A DNA stretch of 64,000 bases from positions 15,562,001-15,626,000 of the forward strand of contig OZ116706.1 of NCBI GenBank assembly GCA_964199315.1, written 5' to 3'. Position numbers and translations under genes: made by a program. Below, piece by piece: positions 21,701 to 34,000 of the stretch; within the stretch, counting starts at the first letter, position 1, and each line of letters opens with the position of its first letter. This DNA comes from Orbicella franksi. Lineage: Eukaryota. Under the pieces are notes generated by a model, which saw only the letters and a program-made list of their open reading frames with translations, did not search any database and was not told the origin of the DNA.

Positions 21701-24700
21701 GTGAGTGCAAAACCATGCTAAGTGATGATTTGGGTGAAAAAAAAAATTCGCGAAAGGGCTTGAATTTTTGCATGTGGTCTTCAATGTAATAGAAGAACAT
21801 GGTGCTGTATTTTTCCCGCTGGTTTTTGCTTCGTTTATAAAGACACTGCTAGAAAAACCAAGTGGTTTTTTTGCATACGCAATATCTCGAAAATGAAGCG
21901 AAGCTTAATGGAAAAACTACAGGACATTGCTAAACATACCTAAACAAAACTGCATGCGAAATTTAGAGTTTTTTCGACAAAGTTCACTTTTGATTAAAAT
22001 ACCTAACGCCCTTTTCCAGCCGAGGCCTTCAAATAAACGAAGCCGGGCCTTTGTTATGATAAACAGAGCCGATCCTTTGTTATAATAACCAAGCCAAGCC
22101 TTTGTTATAAGTCGAAGTCTCGCCTCGGTTTATCATAACAAAGGATCGGCCCGCCGCAACCGCAAGGACTTTGATTTCACTTAGAATGCAGTAAAATGTC
22201 AATTTCACGCAACGTATAAGCTCAAAAATGTTGATTTTAGGTCAAAAAAGGTTTAAATGTTGATTTCACGTTAATGCATGACAGCAAGGAGGTTGATTTC
22301 TCTTAGAAACCAGCAAAATGTCAATTTCACGCAACGTATAAGCTCAATGATGTTGATTTCAGGTCTAAATAGGTTTATATGTTGATTTCACATTAACGCG
22401 TGACGGCAAGGATGTTGATTTCACCTAGAAACCAACAAAATGTCGATTTCATACAGCACATAAGCTCAATGATGTCAATTTCAGGTCTAAATAGGTTAAA
22501 ATGTTGATTCCACGTTAACGCATGACGGCAAGGATGTTGGTTTCACTTAGAAACCAGCAAAATGGTAATTTCACACAACTTATAAGCTCAATGATGTTGA
22601 TTTCACGTGAAAACGCACTATAAATAGGGCTGACAGATTAACAGATTAACCCTTCTGCACAACGCACGGGTCTCCATACATCTGCATGTCCACCAATCCC
22701 AGAAGCTCAAAACACTACAAATCATGCCAATTTGAAATAAAATCAACGCAACCTGGATCACAGATCTATGTTAAAATCGATCGCTACTTGTTGGTCGTTA
22801 TTATGTTTACACAATCTAGTTACCAGTTCGAGAAATGTCCGCAGAACGTGATCGCAATGCATACCGGGAAGGGTCTTTACACCTCGTGCGCGGGAAACAT
22901 GGCAGTCGATACAAGACCAATTTTATAAGTCTAAAACCAGTTCTCACTTTCCAAACTTTGACGCTAGCAACACTTGGCAATTGGGCCGCAACTCACCAGA
23001 GGGTATTTTTCTTGGGCAAGAACTGCTCTTGGACTTTGCTGCCTGGCTCAATCTGACTTCAAACGCCGATAACACGATTACAGTATATCAGCTGCCTTCG
23101 AAGTTTCAGAACACATTTTGATTCTTTAAAACGTGCTGCTGACTTACGGGTTTATCGAGACTGTATGATGCCTCTCAACCACCAGGCAGGCATACAAGGT
23201 ACTTTAAAACAATGCGTAAGATATTAGTTGACAGAGGTCTAATGCGGCACATCTCTTTTTTGTTCGATGTATTTTGTTTGACACTCGATCAATTCACGTG
23301 TTGTGTTCACGTCACAATAACCGATGTAAATAATCTGTTGCCAGATTTCCGCTCTATATATGCTGTGAGATTTGATTTTGACTTCATACACTATAAACAG
23401 TCTGCCTGTTTGCTGTTCAACAAATAAACTCCTAAAGACATGGCTAGGAAAAGCCAAGTATTTTTGCATACATTATAACTCGAAAACGAAGCAAAAACCA
23501 GCGACAAAAATACAGGGCCGTGTTTTTCTATTACATTGAAGACCACATGCAAAAATTCAAGCCCTTTCGCGAAATTTTTTTTCACCCAAATCGTCACTTA
23601 GCATGGTTTTGCACTCACCCCTTCAATTATATGAGGAGAACACTTTCCAAGAAAAAAAATAAAATACAATTTATACAAACTACTGCTTAGATAAATAGTA
23701 ACTTACAGCTAATCTGAAAAACAGCTTAATGAGTGGTTATGAAGCACTGTGCAAATAGGTAAATAACTTGAGAATCTTTGTAACCTTTTCAGTCACCTAT
23801 TTCAACTTACTTGTAGAATAATTGAATTTTTAAACTGCATTTTCAATACACTGATAATGCAACTGTGATGCAAGTTATTTACTATAAGTTGACATACTGT
23901 ATATACAATTAAATCTACTGGCCAAGGGATGTGTTTGAAGTTGTGAAAAAACTTGTGAGCCTTTTGCACCTTACCTCAGCGCCTAATTCTTTCCAAGGGA
24001 GAAGATTTGAATGATGCTCAAATGGTCCAACAAACACAATCTGATTCCAAAGAACATTGTACAAGAATTAGAAAAATGCTACATGTAAATGTTAGTCATC
24101 ATCATTGCAAGCATATGAGGAAGAGGGCCAGGATTTATTCTCTTCCCAGTGATTAAAAGAGTTTGGCAGTTTATCACTGACAAAATGTTATTTATTTACT
24201 AGCTACTCAGAGTGGCTTCAAACAGCCATGGGATATCAGAAAGAAATGATTGTACATGTATAATTTATGTTATGCTTGGGAGAATAATCTCTTGAGAAAG
24301 GCCTGCATCAATCAGGGACAATCCACTTGGAAAATTAATTAATATCAACTGAGTTCTCCCAAAAGGAGTACAAGGAGTCAAACCTATGATCGTAACCTGT
24401 GAGTGTGAGGTGTGGTGGCCTCACATTTAGTGCACTGGACCCTGATTCAAGTGCTCCATGTTCAGCCCCAGGCCATGGTCATTGTGTCATGTCCTTGAGC
24501 AGGACCCTTTACTCTGTTCTTGAGTTAGAAATACTCTCACAATACCTCTTTCCACTCAGAGTGGGGCACCAGCAAATTTTATGCTAGAGGGTGGTAACCT
24601 TGTAATGGACTAGCATCCAATCCAGTGAGGGAGGTGGAGAGTATAAGATCATAGTAAGGTGTGTGTTTGAGTCTAGTGGCGTATCAGTCCAGTGCCTGTC

Positions 24701-27683
24701 TCAAGTTTTCATAGCAGGAAGTGAGTAGGATCATTAATCTAATGATCCTACTCACTTCCTGCTATGGAAACTGGAGACAGGCACTGGGTTGATGGGCCAC
24801 TAGACTCAAACACAGACCTTACTATGATCTTACACACACTTTTAAATTAGATGCACTACCACTGTACCAAAGATTGGTGGAAGTTGGGCTGTGTAACTTA
24901 GTTCAAATGTGATATACTTCCTTTCCCACAAGAATTAGTTGTAACAATAAAGGCACCAAGCTGCTTTGAACAAGTTTCTTAGTTCTCTCCACAGGAGTGA
25001 CATCTGTCTAATAAATATAAACACATAGTAAAAGCACTAAGGGGTAGGTGACAAGTCTGCATACAAGCCAAGTGATCCATCAGGCTAGCGCTTATCTCCA
25101 GTTTCTGTAGCATGAAGTGACTAGGAGTATTTCTACTCCACCCTGGATAAGATGCTTATCCATCACAGGGTTATCCTCCAGTATTAAATTCACCAATACC
25201 TATTTATACATCTGGGTGGAGAAAGGCACTGTGAGAGTTAAGTGTCTTGCCCAAGAACACAGCACAGTGTCCCCATCCTGGACTCGGCCCCGGACCGTTC
25301 TATCCCAAGTGGAGTGCACTAACCATGAGGCCATTGCGCCTCCCACAAGGGATACTTAAGGATAAACAATGACAGAAAAGTGTGACAGAATTCTTTAGGG
25401 CATCAAATTAAGAATTACTGTTGGCAAGTCTAATCAGTTTAGACACAGCTACTGACAGCAATCAGGAAACTCACTGGAGGATGTTTGAAGTCCAGTGCAT
25501 GAATTAACTTGTGAACTGCTCCTGTCACACCATTTCCAACAAATACCACAGAGTCACTCTCACTGGCATTCACTGCATTTCTGATAATATCCCTGGTACA
25601 AAAGCACAAAATAGCAATAATGAAACCGCTTAGTTAACTCTAAGCACTACTTGAATGTGCAGTTGATCCCTGCTATGCTATAGATCTGAACTTTTAATTT
25701 AAGGATAACAAAAAAAAGTGTAAGATGTCAGGGGTTCAAGATAGCCGATAGTAAGTGACTGAAAATGTATTACATCCAAGGGGAAATGATCTGAGTTCAA
25801 GATAATGGAGTTTAAGACTGCAAGGTTCTACTGTAAGTGTTAATCAAACATCCTTATTTTACTCTTCTGACACATCTGTGATACATGTCTGACTCTAACG
25901 CAATTTCAATACCATTCTTGCACAGTAGAATATGCCACAACTACAAGGTTTTTTGCAGAAGTGTTTTGCTAGCTACCTTTAATTTCTGAGAATGAAATCA
26001 TCAGAAGCTGTAAAAATTTTCTACGAAAGATTTAACAATGGATTCTCATACAGATATTTTAATTTTGAAAGGGTTAACCCAAAAAAAGGTTACCAAAATC
26101 ATGATGAGATCTCAAGAGGACTGAGTTATGAGGGTTGCAAAGCACATTTATTTAGTGGGTTTATATTAGCCACTGACCTTGCCTCATGGCGATACAAGGT
26201 GGTCTGCAGGGAGGTCACTGTTGTAGTTGTGTGTGTGTTGCCATAGTGAGGCAAGACCTGCTCTCGTATGTAATCCTCAACAAATGTCAATGATCTAAGG
26301 AAGAACATTCAAAATGAAAAACACACAGTCAAACCTGTATTAGGCGGACACCCTCGGGACCAGTGCTAGTGTCCGCTTAATACATGGTGTCCATTGAAAA
26401 CAGGTTTCCTCAGAATTCGTCTTAAAAGGGTCATATTAATATTCGTCAGTATTAAAAGACCTTGAAAGGGTCAAATAGCATTCTCATGAATGGTCAAGAA
26501 CTCTGAAATATCGTATTTCCATAAACAATGACGTGTATACGAGGTAAAGCGATTTAAGTTTACAGTAACAGTATCTATATTGATCGAATCATGCAAAGGT
26601 TCACAAAATCAAACAAGAACAAATGTTCTGTAAAAACAAAACTGAATAACAAAATATTGCGTTTCTGTGACAGCTCAGTTTGTTGGCAAACTTAAATGTA
26701 CGATCTACTAAAAGAGTCTACTAAAATGTGGACCAAAAAAATCATGCATTCTTTTTGCAGTGTCCGTTTGATACAGGTTTCTAACAATAGAAATGACCAT
26801 AAAGTCAAGTTTAAGATGTCCATGTCCGCTTAATAGAGGTGTCTGTTGAATATAGGTATTTTTCACAGTAAATTTGGGAAAAGAAAAATGGGACTTGCAC
26901 TGCTGTCCGCTTAATAGAGGGTGTCTGCTTAATATGGAGTCCGCTTAATAGGGAAGATATTTGTTTACAAATATTGTTTTTGTTATTTAAATGTTCAAAA
27001 CGTTAAACAAAAGAATTATTTCGTTCGTATGAATTATTTGTTTCACCGATCAATAGTTCTCTGGTTGGCATATTAATAACAATAGGTGACGTCACTGATA
27101 TCTTTGCTATAGAGGTTTGACTGTACATGTAAAGTAAAAATCTACTCATTGACCTTGGGATCTCTCTCATTAAGCTTTACTTATTTGCTTAAATAAGCAC
27201 TAGCCTGAAATTAAGTTCGATATTTCAAGCAGAGAGATTCATCCCAGGATGAAAATTCCTGGCCAGTTTGAGAAACCATGTTGGAAATTACAGCCCGGTC
27301 AAACGAGCTTAAATTAAAGAGCTCCAAATTATAATTACCGCTACTCATATATATCAGATCCTGCTTATATACGATGTTCCTACCTTCCTGATGCTGTATA
27401 GTCGCAATAAGTCACTGCAAATGACAAATAAATCAGATATTTTAGTTTAACAATGAGGTTTAACACACAGCAAAATTTAATAATACGCTGCACAAAGCTT
27501 ACCTTTCCGCGCGCCATACGGCCCAGAAAACATTACATCTTTCCCAATACAGCTTTGATTAATGTAGTTGAGAAGTTCCTCGATATTTTTGTCTTTCCGA
27601 AGACTATATCTGCTCCTTACATTTGATAATTCTCCGCTTGGAATATCATAAAACTTTCTTGACCCATGTTTCAGAGCCGCCAT
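15742..27683 (-). CDS. PLP-dependent class-V aminotransferase, cysteine-desulfurase-like (exons 1-10; 3' part not found)
   Basis: Phase-consistent GT-AG exons: 27683-27503, 27414-27384, 26294-26178, 25592-25475, 24040-23975, 21673-21608, 19814-19673, 19146-19107, 16694-16618, 15815-15742 (about 304 aa). Motifs YCDYTASGR, YGNTH, EHHSN, AASNVTG, WDYAT, STHK (PLP lysine), GGGSV. Confidence 0.9.
16205..16515 (+). mobile_element. Degenerate CORE-type SINE containing a 41-bp inverted repeat of its tail
   Basis: Decayed resemblance to the SINE at 25050-25338; arms 16390-16430 and 16475-16515 differ at 2 positions. Confidence 0.6.
18919..19075. mobile_element. MITE (tagagcggttttcaattgagtgtc family)
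   Basis: TIRs gttttcaattgagtgtc / gacactcaattgaaaac enclosing AAAACC repeats. Confidence 0.8.
19415..19649. mobile_element. TTAA-flanked MITE, second copy
   Basis: ttaa-aggagctcagt ... actgagctcct-ttaa; reverse homolog of 15481-15712. Confidence 0.8.
20296..21156 (+). mobile_element. Non-autonomous AcademH-type transposon with pseudogenised RecQ-like helicase motifs
   Basis: TIRs taacctgcaagcaggctca / tgagtctgcttgcaggcta, TA..TA termini, 9-bp TSD TAACCAAGC/TAACCGAGC; 20645-20865 reads LKREQEIAVES..VLAVLPTAYGKS*..VCPSTSIIKDQ (motifs I and Ia). Confidence 0.8.
21690..23629. mobile_element. 1.94-kb non-autonomous DNA element with about 160-bp TIRs and TA flanks
   Basis: taattgaaggggtgagtgcaaaaccatgctaag... 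at 21690 and its reverse complement ending at 23629; TA at 21688-89 and 23630-31. Confidence 0.8.
22165..22610. repeat. 122-bp tandem repeat (about 3.6 copies) built from about 30-bp atgttgatttca subunits
   Basis: Equivalent positions at 22173, 22295, 22417 and about 22540. Confidence 0.9.
24400..24832 (+). mobile_element. CORE-type SINE with a 93-bp fold-back of its tail
   Basis: tRNA-like head, CORE-like segment (ccttgagcaggaccctttactct), then arms 24644-24736 and 24740-24832 with a 3-nt loop and 7 mismatches. Confidence 0.8.
25050..25338 (-). mobile_element. CORE-type tRNA SINE, near full length
   Basis: Minus strand: tRNA-like head, TTCTTGGGCAAGACACTTAACTCTCACAGTGCC (CORE-like), tail ending gcagacttgtcacct. 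Confidence 0.85.
26326..27123. mobile_element. Tc1/pogo-type MITE
   Basis: TIRs cagtcaaacct / aggtttgactg, right flank TA, internal gtccgcttaata repeats. Confidence 0.7.
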
Positions 27684-28099
27684 TTTGTGACTCGACTAGG
27701 ACCCATTCTTGTATGTTGGAAAGGTTGACCGCTGAGCATCCGTTTTCTTGCCATAATGAAATATAATTGTTGGGAGTTGACCTGCTGGGGATGAGAAAAT
27801 CCACATTTTTTTAACTTAATAAGTAAAAAGTCCACCCTTGAAGTCTCAAATGGTGATTTTGAATTAGACCACCATTAAACTGACAAGAAAGAAAAAAAGG
27901 CCAAGACCAGAAAACGGCGCGCTGTTTACTTTATCTGATACACCACACAGGCCCGCAGGCCCGCAGAGCATGCAGATTTTAATAAGTACAACAATTCGGT
28001 TATTTATTTTCTCCCACATCAACACATGAAAAAGGGAGAAAAAAAAAAAGGCAAATAAATTCATCGCTTTATTTAACCAACGATGCGTGTATTTAGCCT

Positions 28100-28270
28100 G
28101 AAGTTTCAGAACGTTTTCAGCCCACACGAAAACAATAAGTCGGCGTTTTCAAATTCCGGTTTAAAGAGCGTTTTTGAAAAGCTCCGTTTTCGTGACAGAC
28201 TAATGTGGACGGTAGGCCTAGCCGTAGAAATGAAGCTCCGTTTTCAGATTCCTCCGGTGTTGTGTGGACG
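28100..28270. mobile_element. Partial copy of the MITE at 12715-13172
   Basis: Shares ggcgttttcaaattcc..ggtttaaagagcgtttt..gaaaagctccgttttcgtgac..gtgtggacg with that element. Confidence 0.75.
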
Positions 28271-31012
28271 CTACCCTAGTCGATATAAACAGACGTAGTA
28301 AGATGCAGATAATTAGTGTCTTTTGTTAGAAAAAAATTTCAACAAAATGCCCTATTTCATTAGCAGCAGTCCCCCTATTTTACTTATTCCTGTGCTTACG
28401 CGCGAGTGAAAACCAGCCTTTAGAAATTCGTGGTCCCAGCTCTCCGGTCTCTCGCGACCGTCCAGTCAGCGGCCGCCTGGACACGCAAAACAGGTGTCAG
28501 CTATTTCCGTCACAAATGAGTGGTGAAGATTTCGTCCATTTCGATCCATTAGCGTAATGTCTTTAAAACTCTAATTTACAAGCTAGGTTTTAAGTGTATT
28601 ATTACTTTTGCCTGGGGTATTACGTACAAAGCCAATTTAGTGCTTACCTAACTGGTCTTTTTTTCATTTCGTGACATTGTTCACGTGGAGCGAGGGTGTT
28701 TTCACAATGAGTTAAGTTTTGTCTTGTCTATTTCCATATTAAAGGAATACATTAGGGGCAATTACGGAGGCGCAAACGTTTTCTTCGTTATCAATTTTTT
28801 GAAACTGCAATAATCAACCCACGATCAAACTAAACGTACATCATCTGAGAATCATCATGGAATTTCAAATTGTCCTTTCATCTCGGGTAAGGGATAAAGC
28901 CATTACATTTATTGACATACGAGGGAGTATTGCCTGCATGGACTGAGCGCTAATGAAGAGAAAATGCAAATGACAGGGCTTAGTAGAACAATTGACAAAT
29001 AATAGACATAATAAAATTTTTAATTACTTGAGGTTGCCCGACCTACAAATTTACAAAGCACGGCGTGTATATCGATATTCATAAAAACATCTTACACGAA
29101 AACCAGATTGGCGAAAAAAAAAGCCAGCACTTTATAAGTTAATGTAGTTATAATGAGAAAATGAATCCAATCTGGAGCCGAAGGCTTGCCCTAAGTCGTC
29201 TAAAATACCCTCTCATAATGTCCGCAGTTTGGAACGAAAATACTTGAAATTAAAGCATTTAACACCGATCCGATTAGATGAAGGACAGCAATTTGGGAAC
29301 AAAGATTTGGTATTCGAATCAATTTTGACAGTTTATATTTTGTACAAAAATTCTAAGCGTAAATTTTTACTGTAAGGAAGTGCCGTCTCCAAATATGTTT
29401 AATTTCCAATGAGGCTAAATCTATTGAAAGGTTTGACGTACTTAATATTACTTACTTAGTATACTGACCATTTCTCAGTGAGAAAGCCAACAGTGCAAAT
29501 ATTGTTCAATATTTCTCAACAATTTTTTAAGGGTCTCTACTTTTCAAGACTTTGAAAATTGGCATTTCAGATGAATGACGCAACTTGAACTCAGAAGTTT
29601 GATCGGAGTTAACTGCATAAAGGTCTTGCTGGAGTAACAAATATAATTTGAGATTTCTAGTATCTATACGTAAGGCAGTATTAATCCGTTTTAAGCGTCC
29701 TATCTCAAAATCCGGCAAATGAATGGCTCATAGACGTCTAAGGCTAAATAACATTGAAATTCCGTGGTTGGTTTCCTTGCCTTCCGGCATTATCCTTTTC
29801 AATGTAGTTTTTCTTGCTTTCGGGGTACATTACGGACGAAGGAATTTATATTTTAGCTGGAAATTCAAAAAAATGTCGACTAAAACACCGTGCAAAGTAT
29901 AGTTGTAAACGAAAAACAATAATTAATAAATCATACAAAGGCAATATCAAGGTAGCAAGTCCATAAATTCTAATGATACATTTTCAGCAAAGCATTTAAT
30001 TTTTAGGTGGAAGTATTTAAAAATAGAAAATTGATTGATGATCTTTTAACTATATATTTTTTTCTTTCACCTACTCATACAATCAATATCGTTTTATTTA
30101 TATTAGTCAAGAAGTACAGGTCCGAATTATCATGGACTCTGACTTTATATTTTTAGTGTCAGAAAAGGCCAAGAAAGGGAAAATAGGGCGATTTATGCTC
30201 AAAACGCCAGCAGACCAGAAAGCTCTTTACCGTAGATAATCAAAACACAGCGATTGTGAGAATGATATAAACTTTTTTGTGATACGTGCAGGCGTCTGTT
30301 ATGAACTGAATTTTCTTTGCCGTTTAGCGTGAAACAGAAGACAGTAAACAGACGTATATACCAGTTCGACACACCGCGAATGATTTGTTTACATTTAGCT
30401 AGTCTGAAAGGTAATACAATGCGTATATAGAAATGTGCTCGAATTGTGTGTCGTTTTGTCCGGAGAAAACTCGTTTTTGAAGCCTATTTTACAGGGCTAC
30501 ATACTCATTTGTAACTTAATAAATATTTGTGACTCTATCGTCAATTCTGAAATATATCGGCGAGGGTCATTGCTATATTGAATGCCCTTTCGTCTCCACG
30601 AACCTTTAATCAACAAATTCAGTGTTCAAAACTGTTTATGTAAATTTTGGCTTTTTTCTAAATAGCCTGGCAGGTGAAAATTTCGTTCAATACGGAATCA
30701 CTGTAGACTGACAGGCTAAAACCAACAAATTTATTTTCCGTTGCAATTTATGTACAAGATACCTCACTCAGGCGCGATATGACCAAATATTTAGCTGGAT
30801 TGAAGAAAACTCAGTTTACACAATTCACGTTGAGAAAATGGCTGAGTAGAAAAGCCCTCCAACCATATATTTAACAAAAATTTGAAGCAAACAATTATTT
30901 CATTCAAACAAACTATTTATTTTGATTGAAACAGCGTCAAGATTTAAAACATCGATTGCTATTGCAAGTCATTTAAATTGATTCTCTCAGCGAGATTCAC
31001 ACAAAAATTATT

Positions 31013-34000
31013 CTATGAAGAATTTGAAATGTTAGATCTTACTTCGGACGTTTCTGGGACACTTTTCAGTGATCTTTGAGACTGTAAGCGCTTTTTAGAC
31101 GATAGAGGTTGAGTGTTTATTTTATCAGTTTTAGGAGGTAAAGTTGGAACTTGTAAACTTATTTCCTCCCCAGAACCGACCTCAAGTTCCCCACTCGTGT
31201 TTTCACTGATTCTCTTTTGTTCAAGGTCTTTCATTAGTGTCAGTATTTCTTCCAGACTGTAAAATCCCTTCTCTGAGTCGCTTCTCGAAAGAACAGGCGT
31301 TCGTACACGAATTTCACCCTCTCCGGCCATAATTTCGCTCGCGCTTGAAAGCCTCCGCCTTAGTGGAGATTCGTCAGTGTTGAGAAGCGAAAGGAACTCA
31401 CCAAGATCATACAGAGACATGCTGCCTCCCGAATCTTGACGCGGGGAAAGTTGAGGTCGCGTTGCGCCGGCCGTGATATTTTCATTCGCGGCAGCTGAAT
31501 CTGAATTTCGCGAGTTTGTGTAAGAATTTGATTCAGGTTCGCTTTCGCTAGGTTTAGACGAGGCAGATGACACGCTGGACAATCTTCTTCTCAAGGGGGA
31601 TTCGTCATCGTTTAAAATGTTTAAAAACTCGCGGAGGTCGTATACTGAGCCTCTCTTAGGCGAAGGTCCACTCGGGTCAGTCCCTATGCCAGGCACTGGA
31701 AGGAACACATCTTCGAAGACTTCACTGTCGATGCTTCTGTTGCTCTCGTCCGTGACGTAAATACTAACACCGCTTTGCGAGACGCCGGAAAACTTTCGTC
31801 TGAGCACGGCGGATGAGAGCTGTTGTTGATTTGGCTGGCTCTGTTGAATGGCATGCAACGACAAGAATTCTTTCAGGTCATACACAGACATTTGACGATT
31901 ACTGGTATTTGCCTCCAAGTATTTCGCGCTTGCTGAAGTTGCAGAATCGCTAGCGGTCGAGTAGCCACTGCTGGCGGTCATCGGAAGCGAGGGCGAAGCG
32001 AGGGTGTCCTTCTCGTTGGAACCTGCGTTACCAGAAGCGAGGTGGCTTTTCTCATCAGCTTCTCGCTGCATTTTAGACAGAATTTCTTGCAAACTGTAGG
32101 TGGACTCGCGTTTTCTCTCGTGTTCTTGTTGCAAAACATTCAGAATTTCTCTCAGATCGTACACTGATTGCCTGGGCATGTTTAAATGATTGTTCATGGC
32201 TCCCGACGACTGCGCGAGATTTGCGCTGGCTTTCGTTTGTTCCTCATCTGAGGCCGGTGTAACTCGTACGAGCGGAGGTACAGCAGAGGTCATAGACAAG
32301 AATTCTGCTAGGTCATAAACAGACAGGCTTCTGTTCTCTTTTTTCTGTCTTCCCAGCTCACTTTCTTCATTTTCTACTCCACTAGAATCATTTCCACGCA
32401 AAGCTGGAGTACTCTGCCCTGAATCAGAGCGGGAACTCCCCCCGGAGCGCGACAGAGATAAGAACTCCATCAGATCGTAGGTAGACGATCGTCTTCCTTC
32501 TTCTGAATGCGTAGAAACAGAAAGCGAGTCATTTGAACCCGGGCTGCCAGGGGATAACACGATTCTCGGGGAAGTCGCTCTACTGGAGTTTTCGCTCGCC
32601 GAGCTTGATTCCGATTCAGCAACGCTACCCAGTGATAAAAACTCCATTAGATCATACACTGAACCTTTTCTTTCGTTGCGTGTATTTTCTCGTTCTTGAC
32701 CAGGAAGAAGAAGATGTTGTGAAGCGCTCGTCTTCTTTTTCGTCTGCCCCGTACTGGCATTCGAAGCTTCGGCGGCCGCTAGCATCAAGAACTCCCTTAA
32801 ATCGTAAACAGACGCATTTGAAGCCTTATCGTTCGCGCTGGAAGTCGCACTTGTATTTCGAGGCGTCGAAGCCGTTGACGAGGTCTGCCGCTTCAAATTC
32901 TCTTCTTGAAGCAAAGTTAAAATTTGTTGCAAATCATACAGAGAGTGTCTTTTTTCTCCTTGTTTTGGCGGATGTAAAGTATCGACGTGTCCATCTGCGC
33001 CGGGCACATGGTCTGGCAGCCTTTCCCTTTCATTGTGCACGCAGCTTTTTCCTTCAATTTTAAGCGCTTCGCTTTCCTGGATTAAATTTTGCTTTTTCGG
33101 TGTCAGCGAAGGCCTTCTTCGGTCAGTAAACTGCATCGCGTCCGTTATATCGTTTAATGACTTTCGGCCTTTTTGCTTGATCTCTTTATTTACAGATTCA
33201 CTGCAAACAGGCGAGCTAGGGGTGCTTCGAGGCTGGTTAGCAGTATCATTTGCCCACCTGTGATTGTTGCGGCGCCGTTGCTTTTCGTGTTCTTTCTGTT
33301 TTTCCTCGGTCTTTGAAGTGTCTTGAAGATGAGATAACGTTGAGCCGTCGATATCGTGAACTGAAAGTCGTGGTTGTGATAAGCGGGAACGGCTTGTCGA
33401 TCTTAGCCCCGCGGTTAGCGATGACAAGGTGCTTTCTGGACGACGTCGCAAATTGATCTTTCTATTAGATAATTCAGGTGAAGATTTTGCTAACCTGTGT
33501 GATCTCGTTAATTTACCCAAAGTTTGAAATGTGCTGCTGCCTCTACGGCGCATCACGGACTCTTTGTAAGGAGGCATTAAATCTTCATCATCGGTGGACT
33601 TGTCTAACGGCGTGTTAGACCCCAAACGAAACCGATTCTTCTGCTTTCCATGCGACGCTTCTTCGCCGTCAAAAAAGCGTGCTTCGTCTTCGTTCGTTTC
33701 CTTAACAGCCAGGTCCTTAATTAATTTCGTTTCATCTTCACGCTTCGCGGTATATTTTTTGAATTTGGTTGAGTTTCTGTGCCTTAAACTCTCCATTTTG
33801 TGCGAGATTTTCGAAGGTGTTATTAAAGTTGACAGATCGGATTCACTATCAGCTTCTGTTGCAGTTTGGGTTTCGCTTCGTAACCTTGACGCACTTGAAG
33901 CCGAACGAAGCGAGTCCAAACGAACTATCGGAGGCAGCCTCACCAGGCCGTGTTTATCACGAACAATGCCTGATCCTCTCTTCGAATTTTCGCCATCGAG

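Noticed and set aside
22165-22610. CRISPR-like array
   Set aside because: The intervening segments repeat with a 122-bp period rather than being unique spacers; eukaryotic context and no cas genes.
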